DNA from: the human T2T-CHM13v2.0 reference genome, Homo sapiens
Assembly: GCF_009914755.1 (NCBI RefSeq)
Contig: NC_060947.1
DNA length: 64,000 nt
Reading direction: 5' to 3' (one strand)
Every line of letters starts with the position of its first letter. Position 1 is the stretch's first letter. Below, piece after piece: positions 13,355 through 25,623 of this stretch. Under the pieces are notes generated by a model, which saw nothing but the letters and a program-made list of their open reading frames with translations, ran no database searches and was not told the DNA's origin. The position numbers and the translations under genes were made by a program.

Positions 13355-13475
13355 GATATTAAAAGACACACTACAGACCTGTAGAAAATATTTGTGTATT
13401 ATAAACTTGCTAAGAATTGTATTAAGAATGTATAAAAAACTCATTCAACTCAATAATAATAAAAGTTAAAATCTA

Positions 13476-14913
<1,438 letters not shown>

Positions 14914-14934
14914 CCACTTCTATTTTTTTTTAAA

Positions 14935-15606
14935 AAAAGAAAAGGGTACATGTATCCAAACTGTCCTTCCAGCGCCATCTGTTACCTCCCAGAGGGGAAA
15001 GTATCTCTGAGCTGGTGGAGAAGTAAAGGAAGGTGCAAGCTTGGAACCTGATCAGAGCCCCATTGGGAATAGCATTGGAGGTTGTTGGGAAGTGGAAGGG
15101 GAAGTCCTTCCTGACCCAGCCTAATATGGAGGAGGCTCAGAGTGAGAGGAAGGAGGACCCACCAGGGCAGAAGGACTCATTGCTCCTGCCTTCCCCTGGA
15201 GAGGTGTTGAGAAGACAGCATCTACAGGGTCAAAGTCTAAAGCAGAAATTGGCTCCTCTTTCAACTGTTTAAGAGATGCCACACAGACTCTGCAGGAGTC
15301 CCGGAGTTTTGGATCCTGGTTTAATTTTATAAAAGCCAGCACATATGGGATCTCAATGCATTTATTAGAAATTTTCTGCAATACAATTTCAATTGTAAAT
15401 AGTGTTATAACTCAAAGACCCCATTCCTAGGCTGTGTCTCTTTGTCCCCCTGGGGATTCCAAAGCCAAGCAACATTACAGAGAAACATCAGCTTCTTTTT
15501 CTTTAGATTATCCAATTCAAATTCATCTCAATTACTCAGGATGCATCCTAGGGAGAAATCTTTTGGTATGCCTGCAGTGTTTTCCGTGGTAGACCTGGTG
15601 TCCTAT
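14935..15606 (-). pseudogene. gag remnant (matrix, proline-rich region, first residues of capsid)
   Basis: Minus-strand translation gives IPKDFSLGCILSN*DEFELDNLKKKKLMFLCNVAW, EIPYVLAF, late-domain-like PPPY, and PLWEVTDGAGRTVWIHVPFS (capsid start) before the sequence breaks off. Confidence 0.9.
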
Positions 15607-16528
15607 GATTAAGTAGCCTGGTGAGGGATGGAACCCTTGGCTCTGACAAACCCCTCTTCTTCCCACCCAACCCAGACCCTCAGAAACCTGGTGAGAACCA
15701 GGCAAGACAAGGAGGACAGAGGGAAGGGAGCTGACTGAGGGAGCTTGAGAGACTCTAGCTCTCAAATTTTCTGGCCACAGCCCTCAAAATCTAATAGGTT
15801 GTAGATTTTGCACCAGCTCTAAGTAGAACCTACTGTATATTTACATTCATTGACACTGACTCTATCAAGAGATAACATGATGGACTAGACAAACCAAAAA
15901 AGTAAAGTGGTGATCTGGTCTAGTGAGTAAGGCCTTCTCCCAGGAATTGTGAAGGGTCAGGCTCACATGCAACAAAGACCATCAAAGGAAGTACATTTTC
16001 ACTTAGACAAATGACAAAACAGATTTCCAGTTTCCAGACCCCATAAAGAAGACAAAAATTGAGGAAAGTACTGAGAAATTTCAAAGTCTGAGACAAAAGG
16101 GAACTCCAGGTTGCTGACTACTTTTTAGCCAGCTCACGAACAGGGGACAATTTTTCAGCTCAATACCAGAAAGCTGAGCCAGATTCACTCCAGCTACCCA
16201 AACAAAATACCAGATGGGTAAATAGGAATCACTCCCATTGGCCAAACAGAAACTGAAACCAGGGTTCCAAGAGCTGATTAATTAAACACCAGGACTCCTG
16301 AAGAGTCAAAACAGACTGAAAAGGAAGAAGGTGAAGGGAAAAAAAGGAAAGCAAAGGGAAGATAGAAGATGAATGAAAGGGAACGGGGACACACTCAGAG
16401 TCTGGATCTGATTCACCAAGGCGCTAACACTGAAACAGTGGTCCAGAGTGCCAGCTTTTGTTCATGTCTGGTCAGACACCTCCATCCTCTGGGCAATCTC
16501 ACTCACTCTCCTGGGACCTAAAAGGAGA

Positions 16529-16546
16529 GCCTCACCTGGGGTGCCA
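16529..16546 (-). other. Primer-binding site, tRNA-Arg(CCU) type
   Basis: Minus strand TGGCACCCCAGGTGAGGC lies 5 nt after the 5' LTR and matches 16/18 of TGGCACCCCAGGTGGGAC (complement of the human tRNA-Arg-CCT 3' end, recalled from memory). Confidence 0.85.
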
Positions 16547-16551
16547 CAAAA

Positions 16552-17096
16552 TGTTACCAGCATCATGGATTCTTGTGATTGCCCAGGATAGAAACCAAAA
16601 GAGATAACCAAACATAGCAGCAAAGGAAAGTTTATTCCGCTTGTGCACAGGGGAGTCAGCACCAAGAAGGGAAAAGAAATGGGTTGCTTATCGAGGGTAG
16701 TCTGTGAGTTAGGTTTACAGGAGTTTTCTACAGGAAAGTATTACATTCGGGCATGTATAGGAGTAGGAGGGATTTTTCTAGTGCTTGTGCATTGGCTCAA
16801 CATGCTTTTTCATACATCATATGTAGAATTAGCATTTTACATCTCCACCTCTGGGCATGATTTTTAACATTAAAATAAGGAAGGGGTAACTGTAGTTCGA
16901 AGTTTAACTCTAACTGCACATGCAGGGCCCTGGGGAAGTCCCTAGCCCCCGAAGCAGGAATTTGTGGTTAACAGCTTCTTGGGTCTTTTATTACTGATTG
17001 GTTGAGAGTTAGGTAAGCTACAGCTTGAGTAAGGAACTTGCATTCTTTTACTCCAGACCATATTAAAACAGGGAACCAACCAGCCTGCCTGTCTCA
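16552..17096 (-). mobile_element. 5' LTR of the provirus (545 bp, uninterrupted)
   Basis: TGAGAC...GTAACA on the minus strand, with CCAAT near 16997 and AATAAA at 16631-16636. Homologous to 4162-5781. Confidence 0.95.
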
Positions 17097-17349
17097 TAGC
17101 TAGTTTGCTTTAATCTGTTCCCAGCTTACCTTCCTTTTCTCAGATGAAATGAGACTCATGTTAACCAAAATGCCATCCTACCTTTTGTCTTTTGACTAGA
17201 CACATTGTAGAGGTTTGGATTTGTTAACCTGGAATGGGAAAGGCTGAGAGGGGAAATGATCCTGGGTATGCTAATGAGCAGAAAGAAAACAAGGATGGCA
17301 CGGATACCTCTCTCTCCCCCTTCTATGTGTGTCCTCTACCTGTTGTACA

Positions 17350-17517
17350 TTCGTATGAGATAGGTATTAATATAACCTACACTTCGTAGGTGACGAAACA
17401 GTCTCAGAGAGTGAAAGGGACTTGACCAAAGTCACAGAGCCAGTGAGTGACAGGGTCAGGGAGAGAAGCCACGTCTGCATGACTCAAAGCTTATGTCTCT
17501 AATTACCCTACATACTA
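17350..17517 (-). mobile_element. MIR SINE
   Basis: GAAACAGTCTCAGAGAGTG..GACTTGACCAAAGTCACAGAGC core motif. Confidence 0.75.
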
Positions 17518-17984
17518 CCCCGCCGCCTTTGCAAGTTATAAATAGGTCATGCTGGCTTTACTCATTAAGTCCTGGGTTGCTAAAGTGAAAGAAAAACTTC
17601 CTTCCCAGTATGCCTTGTACACATCCTGAAACTGAAAGAAAGCACTTTAGAACAAATTAAAGGCAGTTGTCTTCTGTGTCTTAGGGAACAAAAATACTAA
17701 TTGTATTTTTAACCTCAAATTGTAGAGCCTGAAAAGACTGGCTTGAGAAGGAGCCTAGGTCATTCCCTGGACACCTAGAGGTCTAGAGGGCATAATAGAG
17801 GTCCACAAGTTTTTCTCAATGTGAAACAAACAATAATCCTCCCAACCAGACAGAGAATTTACATACGCTCCCTTTCAGACCGGGCAGGCAGACAAAGTCA
17901 CAAGTGCTTTGACTTTGGGCTAAGGATTCTGTCAGGTCCATCAATCCTTTAACCTCACCTTCACAGCCATGATAGCTAACCCTG

Positions 17985-18080
17985 ACTGAACACTTTCTGT
18001 ATGCCAGCCACTGTTCCACTTCCTTTACTCCTCATAACAACCCTGAGGTTATGACTAGTATCACCTCTATTTTGCAGAAA
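17985..18080 (-). mobile_element. MIR fragment
   Basis: CTCATAACAACCCTGAGG...CTATTTTGCAGA. Confidence 0.6.
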
Positions 18081-20248
18081 CTTGAGGGCATCTCATGCTG
18101 ACAAGAAACTAATTGGGAGTTACCCAATCCTTTCAATTAATTCTTTAAAAGGGAAAATTTATTTAATTACTCCCTCATAAATGCAGGTGGTAAAGAAGGC
18201 TATTCAAATAAATAAATGCTGTTTGATATAGCAAAATATTTCAAAATGTGTAGTCCCCAGTGAGGAGAGTTCTTTATAAAGGTGGCCTTGATGATGGGAA
18301 GCTTTGGGCTGTCGATTGGCTTAGATCATATAATGAGTGATAATCTTACTGGGCTCTCAGAGAATTCCAGGAAGTCTAATGTAAACCCTAACCTTTGGGG
18401 GCCCGTCTCAGGAAGATCAGTGACCATTCTTGCTCAAATTCATCACTAGAGTCTCTGGGCTGGGTCATCGGAATGACCCATTTCATATGTAAAGTCTTTG
18501 AACACAAGAAATCAGTCATCTTGTAACACTAAGATAACACAAAAACCCAAAAACATGCAAAAAGGGACACACGTGTATGATAAATCTGTGGCTTGGGCCC
18601 CATTTATACTCTAAAATACATCACTCTTGCCTTCTGTTCTACTTATTGTCACTGGCTGCACTTTGCTAGAATGGTCAGATCCATTGGGGGTAAAAATCCC
18701 AAGCATAGCAACAGTGTCCAAGCAGAAGCAGCAGTCAAATGTTTTTAACTATCAGAGGGAAGGCCTGTGTACCAATAATCAACTCAGAAGCCAAATCAAA
18801 GTGGGTTCCACTGTAGCAGAAATGATGTGGAGTAGAACTAGCAAGGAAGGGCAAGCAGTCCCCATCTTTTAGAATTTTGCACCAGATCCATGGAAATCTC
18901 AGTCCAGCAAAATGCATCTCAGCCAGCTAGAAGAAAACCGCTGGCTGAAAGTTTAGTGGCAGAAAATGTGACCTGATTTTCTTCAGAAATAACAATGATG
19001 GTCATTGAGTGATAACTAACTACACCCCAGATACTATTCTAAGTGTATGTTATCTCATTTGATTTTCTAGAGGGATACACAGCAACCCCATTTTGCATGG
19101 AGGGCAAAAACCTCTTCTGTGTACCTCACTGGAATATGTGTTTTCAGGAAGATAGGGAAAACATGGATGGCCTGCACCTTGACAAATGTAATTGCCATGT
19201 AAATCTTATGTGCTTACTTTTCCTAATACCAGGGAGTGGTTACCTGGAGCCCTGGTGTCTTTGGAAGGACCAGATACCCCATAGCTTTTCTGCAGAAGCA
19301 GGTGAGTCAGGGGCACTTGCATACTCCTGTGAAACTCGATTCCTATGGCAACAAACAGAAACAGAAGCAGCTCCCATGCTGTGCAAAAGAACAATGGGAA
19401 GACAGCAAACTAGAAAGGGAAAATCAGACAAGATATGGAATTGCAAGAATTGTCGGTTAAGCTCAGCTTGAGTGGCTAATGCTGATACCCAATAAACTGC
19501 TGATGTTGATAATGTACTGTCTCTCTCAGTGATAGGGAGTGTTTACATTGCATGAGAGAGAGCTCTTGCCTTGTTGAAGCATGTGTTTGTGACACCATTT
19601 AACAGTCAAATAATATACTCCTTCCTGACAAGGGGCTTTTCAGTGCTCTCACATCTGGGCACTGAGAAGGAGCTTTCCAATTAATCCCAGAAACTTCCAC
19701 CCATAGAAAGAGGCTGCAAGGAGGACGAGTCACTCAAGCTGAAATGGCCTGTACAGAGTATTTGGTCCAGCTCTTCATGCTTCCAGTAGGGAAACAGACC
19801 CAAGAGGTGGCCAACTGAAGGTCCTTAGATGTAAATACCAAGACCTGCACTAGAACCTGCACAAGACCTGACTCTTTTGCCCAGTGAGTCATCCCATATT
19901 TGGAATTTGAAATGTCTGCTTCAATACACTGCTATGTATTACCGTTACTTTCATTGAAATACCCTGATATTGGCAAATAAGCCCAAGGCAAGAATTTACT
20001 TGCTGATTATTTTTGCAAATCTTCAGTTCAAAGCCAATTATTTGGCCTCCTTCATTCCAAAGCAATAAGGAACAAGGCCCTCTACACCTCCGTTTTCCCA
20101 TGCAATAATTTAAAAAATTAGGTGATAGTCAGTAGCTTGCTCTTTTCTCTTAGTTCTAGTCATTATTACTTAGAGTCACATTGTAAATAGTTAATACTGA
20201 TTTTCAGTATGTTTTAAGAGAATAAGTGGTATCTATTGTAAGACAACA

Positions 20249-20559
20249 TTTTTTCTTTCTTTCTTTTTTTTTTTTTTTGAGATGGAATCTCGCTCTGTCA
20301 CCGAGGCTGGAGTGCAGTGGCGTGATCTCGGCTCACTGAAACCTCTGCCTCCCAAGTTCAAGCGATTCTCCTGCCTCAGCCTCCTGAGTAGCTGGGATTA
20401 TAAGTGTGTGCCACCACACCTGGCTGATTTTTGTATTTTTAGTACAGACGGGGTTTCACCATGTTGGCCAGGCTGGCCTTGAACTCCTAACCTAAGGTGA
20501 TCCACCCGCCTTGGCCTCCCAAAGTGCTGGGATACAGGCATGAGCTACCATGCCTGGCC
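20249..20559 (-). mobile_element. Alu SINE, AluS
   Basis: Full reverse-complement dimer. TSD AAGACAAC(A/T)TTTTT at ~20240 and ~20560. Confidence 0.97.
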
Positions 20560-20914
20560 AAGACAACTTTTTTAAAGTTTTCCTTTACTAATAATATCTA
20601 GACCCAACCACTGTGTACTATCTCCTAATAAATATTTTGTAAATTTTACCCTTAAAGTTATCAAAAAATAAAATATTTTAACTTTGCCAGTCTAGGAAAA
20701 CCTCAAACAACAAAACCTCTGGGTCCCTGGATGTGAGAGTTATTTTTTCCTTAATTAGCTTTTAGATATCTGCACCTATTTGCAGAGAGTTTTGTATTTT
20801 TATAATGTTTTCAGGTAAGGTATTTCCTCAACATTGCCAAGGTATTTAATTTTATCTTATGCATTGTACACATGAGGAAACATTGGGGCAAGGAGAGTTT
20901 AAATATAACAATAA

Positions 20915-21130
20915 AAACATGGGATTTGGAGTCAGTGAGATTCAACCCATAGCTCCTTTATATTCTAGTTGTATGATCATGGGATAATTACCCAAACTCT
21001 CCATCCTCAGTTTTCTCATCAATAAGTAGGGAAAATAATGGTACCTGCCTCCTAGGATTGAGTTCCAGGTGAAACGAGCTAATGCAAGTATGCTTGGCAA
21101 AGATGTGCTCAATAAGTGTTAGCCATTATT
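20915..21130 (+). mobile_element. MIR SINE
   Basis: TTTGGAGTCAG...CCTCAGTTTTCTCATC...GTACCTGCCTCCTAGGATTG...AATAAGTGTTAGCCATTATT. Confidence 0.75.
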
Positions 21131-21932
21131 TCCTTGGGGATCCTGGGAAGTTTATACCACTTACATTCTACGATGCAGGATAAAAATGTGAAATATTTAT
21201 TTTGAAGCCATGAATAATGTTAAATAAAAATGCAGAAATGCCAATTGTTAGTGCTGACATACACGCACCTTCTGTGTTAAACCAACTTAAACTCAATTTC
21301 TCCATCAAAAATTCCATGCTGTGAGAAAATTTTTTCTGTCACCCAAATGCTTTCCTATTTTGAATGTAACTGGTATGTTTTATTAATGCTACATTATTTC
21401 CCACTGAACCATTTTTCCTCCAGAGCATGTGATGTCATTTATAGCCACTGGCACACACATTTCTTCCATATTTTGTCAATTAAGCATGTCATAGAATTTA
21501 ATATTTACAGTCTTGTATGGTTCACTGAACTAATTGTGGGAAAGAGAAATAATGACATGGGGAACAAAATAAGACATTCTGCTTTCATCAAAGAACTGGG
21601 GATAGAATCCTACCCTGTTGATTTTATTAGTGAATATTAAATATAATTATGAGGCTTATAATGAACATACTAATAACTTTGTTAAGCGTTTCAAAGAACA
21701 AATTAATATTTAAATATTTAATATCTGGGACTCAAACTTTCACACTGATGCTTGCCAATTCTCTCATAACAGACAAGATTTGCCTTAGGAAGCAGATGGT
21801 ACAGCTTGTTTGTGGAAGGTAATGTTGCTTGTTGCCAAAACCTAGGTAACACAGAGGCAATCTCATTTGTGTCGGTGAGATTTGTGTGGTAGCATGGGCA
21901 GGCCACAGAAATTTTTGGTTTTGGCATAAGCA

Positions 21933-22318
21933 ATTATGGGCAGAAATGTGTTACCCTAAAATTCCTGTGTTGAAGTCTTAACCCCATCTACCTCAGGATG
22001 TGACTGTATTTGAAGGTAGGATCTTTAAAGAGATAATTAAGGTTAAATGAAGTCATAAGGGTGGGTTCCTAATCCAATGTGACTGGTGTCCTGATAAGAA
22101 GAGGAGATTTGGACGCAGACACACAGGGAAGACCATTTAAAGAAGCAGGGAAAAGGCAGCCATCTACAAGCCAAGGAGAGAGGCTTCAGAAGAAACCAAC
22201 ACTGCTGATAGTTTGGTCTTAGACTTCTAGTCTCCATAACTGTTAGGAAATAAATTTCCATTGTTTACGCCAACCAATCTGTGGTGCTTTGTTATGGAAG
22301 CCTGAACAAACAAATATA
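21933..22318 (+). mobile_element. MaLR solo LTR (MLT1B-like)
   Basis: GATGTGACTGTATTTG, GGCAGCCATCTACAAGCCAAGGAGAGAGGC, AATAAA, TCTGTGGTGCTTTGTTATGG. Confidence 0.88.
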
Positions 22319-25300
22319 TAAGCCCAGTCATTGATGACTTGATCCCCTCAGCTGAGGCAGGGAATCATAGTAAGTTCATATATGTGTATCCTTCCACCTC
22401 ATTGACTCAATGAGTGAGGAGCAAAGCTGCCCAGTCTAAAGGCCTGCCTCTCAGGTAACAGAAGAGCTGGAATTTCCAAACAGAAGTCAGGCATGGGACA
22501 CCAGAGTACAGTCAGGGGTTCAGAAACCTAAGGATGCAAAGTACAGGTTAAAGAGACAGCACAGTGTCAGGAGCCACAGCAGACAGAAGGGCCATAATAC
22601 AGGCTGATAATAAATCTAAGCTCAAGTAAATGGCTCAAATGCCAAGATGTGAACCTGATTCAGACAGTGATTTCTGCTTTTGCAAGTGGTTTTCTTATAT
22701 TCTTTCTGAATATGCATGAACAAGTTCTGAGTTGGTTAGTGTTGAGCTGGAAGAAAAAGCATGGTACAGTGAAAAAGACATTGGGCTTCCAGTAAGGAAG
22801 TCTGAACTCACATTCCTGGTTTCAAATTATTCTGGCAATTCATTGTTCTAGAATATATTAGGTATTTATTTACGGTGTGTCAAGTGCTGAGCTAGGTGCT
22901 AGGGACACAGAGGAATAAGTGATCCCGAGGGAAAGGAGAGGGAGATAAGGGAAATTGCGGCAGAGGTTAGTTACGTTAGAGCTGTAACAAAGTATGCGGT
23001 GAGGACTTTCATTTAAGTTTCATCAGAATAAACACTCTGATGACAATTCAATACTCTGGATAAGGAAGGGGCCTCAGGATAGCTGACTAGATGCATCTGG
23101 TACTTGCCTTTCCCGCAGAGAGGAATCAAAATAGCCAGTAGATAATCACACTTTGAATATATCATCTAAGAGAGAACACTGTAGTTCAACAGAGAAGTGA
23201 TGGGAAGCACTGAAAGCAAGGAAGGAGAAGAAAGCCAGGAAGCCTGTTTGGCTGGAATTAGCAGAGAGTCTGGAGAGATTCCTCATTGTGGGGAAAGGGT
23301 AAGTGAGAGACCCCCAGCAGTCCACATTTCCTTTGCAGATAATCCTAGCCACAGGAAAGCACCTTGACCCTCACAGGCCCTGAGACACACACATGGATCT
23401 GCCTGGAGACTTGTGAAGGCATTGCTCCAGAGAGAGGGCTCATACTGGGTCCCACAAAACCTGAGCCCCAAGAAGCTCCAGCATGGCACCATTTTGAGAG
23501 ATCAGCCCTCACCAGACAGTGTCCTTCCCTGGGGCTCAACAGCCCCTGCATCTCCACATACCTGGAGCTCTACTGATATTCCCTACTCATAGCCACCACC
23601 ACCAGGATTGAGATGAGAGCCACAGTCAACGACTCCAAACACCCCAGCAAAGGGGTGGCCACAGATTTTCACTCACCCAAAGGACAAATATGACTGGGCT
23701 TTGCTTATGCCTTGGCTCTGCACTGGTGGCAATGCCCATACCCCCAGCTACCTGCCTACCTCTGTTTTCACTTAAAGTAACACTGCCCTCCCCAGTAACA
23801 GGGCCACTATACAGCTGCTGTTGCCTCTACCTGAGAATTCTTCTGGGGGCCTGTGGATCACCCACCCTTGCCAACCATAACCAGTGCCTGTACACACCAA
23901 CAGGGACTCTGAGGGAAGGTCTGTTTGGATCAGCTTTACCCACTCCCAGTATTCAAACACACCATCTGGGGGCTTGGCGATGGCCAAGCCCAGTTCACCA
24001 CTGGGGGCACCTGAGCACTCCTCCTGGGGTCTGACATCAGGCCCATCCAACCTGCTGCTACCATCACAGCCGAAACTCAACTGCACAGGCCATATGGAGG
24101 GCTGGGGACTGACCCACCCAACACCAACACAGGCAACCACCAACCCCAACATGGACCGCTTGGATCCCAGAAGGTGCCTTACTGCTGCCACTGCCATTGC
24201 TCAGGCTGCACCTGCTGCCCAGGAGCTGGAAATCTCTCTCACCTACTTAGCCCCCTACAGCCACTCCTGGCACATGATCAAGCCATCCAGAGGCCCCCAA
24301 ATCAGCCCACCTAGACTTGCTAGCACAGGTGGCAGCATATGCCACCCTGGGACCCAAGAACAGGAATGCGTAACCCACTAGTGCCACCACTGGGGCCCAA
24401 AGACTAGCCCAGCTGGTGTCCCAGTCCACAGGAAAACTTTACCACCCCCTTCATTAACAACCATGCCCTAAGCCATGAAGTAAGTCACAGACACTATTGG
24501 CAGTGTTTACAGCTGAAGAAATCATACAAAGAACACACTACTGTATGCATGTAGAATCAAAGCCAAAGTGCCCTCCCAAACCAATACCATAGATACGTGT
24601 TCAGGAAAAAGTCCTCCCATATAAAAATGAATTTTAAAAAATAGGAAGAAGTGACTGTTATACCAGATATGAATATATTAATGTAAGGACACAGGAAACA
24701 TGAAACAGCAAAGAAATATATCATCTCCAAAGGAAAATAATTCTTCAGCAACAGATTCCAATCAAAAAGAAACTTACAAAACTTAAGGAAAAAATCAAAA
24801 TATTCATAGTAAAGAAGCTCAGTGAGATACAAGACAATTCTGGAAAACACAAATAAATTAGAAAAACAATTCATGATATAAATGAGAAATTTACCAAATA
24901 TATATACACATCAAAAATGAACCAGAAATACCAGAAGTGAAGAATTCATCTGATGAAATCCAAAATACATTTGCTTCAACAATAGACTAGTTCAAGTAGA
25001 AAAAAAATAATCTCGGAACTTGAAGACACTTCATTTTAAATAGCCCTGTAAGAAAGAAATTTAAAAAAATACAAAGTGACCAAAGCCTTCATAACATATA
25101 AAATACCATGAAGAGACCAAGCATTCAAATTTTGAAGGCAAAGAGAAAGCAAAAGGGTTAGAAAAGCTATTTAATGCAATAATAGATTTAAAAATTGCCA
25201 AGCCTAGCAAGGGATTCAGACATTCACATACAGAAGTAGATACATGTCAAAAAGATCTTCTCCACAGCACATTAGTCAAACAGTCAAAAGTCAAAGAGAA

Positions 25301-25327
25301 AAAAATGTATAACATTAAGAGAAAAGC

Positions 25328-25623
25328 GGCTGGGCACGGTGGCTCACGCCTGTAATCCCAGCACTTTGGGAGGCCAAGGCGGGTGGATCACAAGGCTAGG
25401 AGTTCAAGACCAGCCTGACCAACATGGTGAAACCCCATCTCTACTAAAAATACAAAAATTAGCTGGGCATGGTGGTGTGCGCCTCAGAAAGCTGAGGCAG
25501 GAGTAATCGCTTGAACCCAGGAGGCAGAGGTTGCAGTGAGCCGAGATTGTGCCACTGCACTCCAGCCTAGGTGACAGAGTGAGACTATGTCTTTAAAAAA
25601 AAAAAAATAAAAGAGAGAGAGAG
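25328..25623 (+). mobile_element. Alu SINE (AluSg/Sx-like) in L1 ORF1, with a small internal deletion
   Basis: TSD AGAGAAAAGC at 25318-25327 and 25624-25633. The right arm lacks GTAATCCCAGCTACT. Confidence 0.95.

Noticed and set aside
19043-19471. Cluster of overlapping ORFs up to 142 aa
   Set aside because: Non-ATG start for the longest ORF, no homology recognised and no exon-like boundaries.
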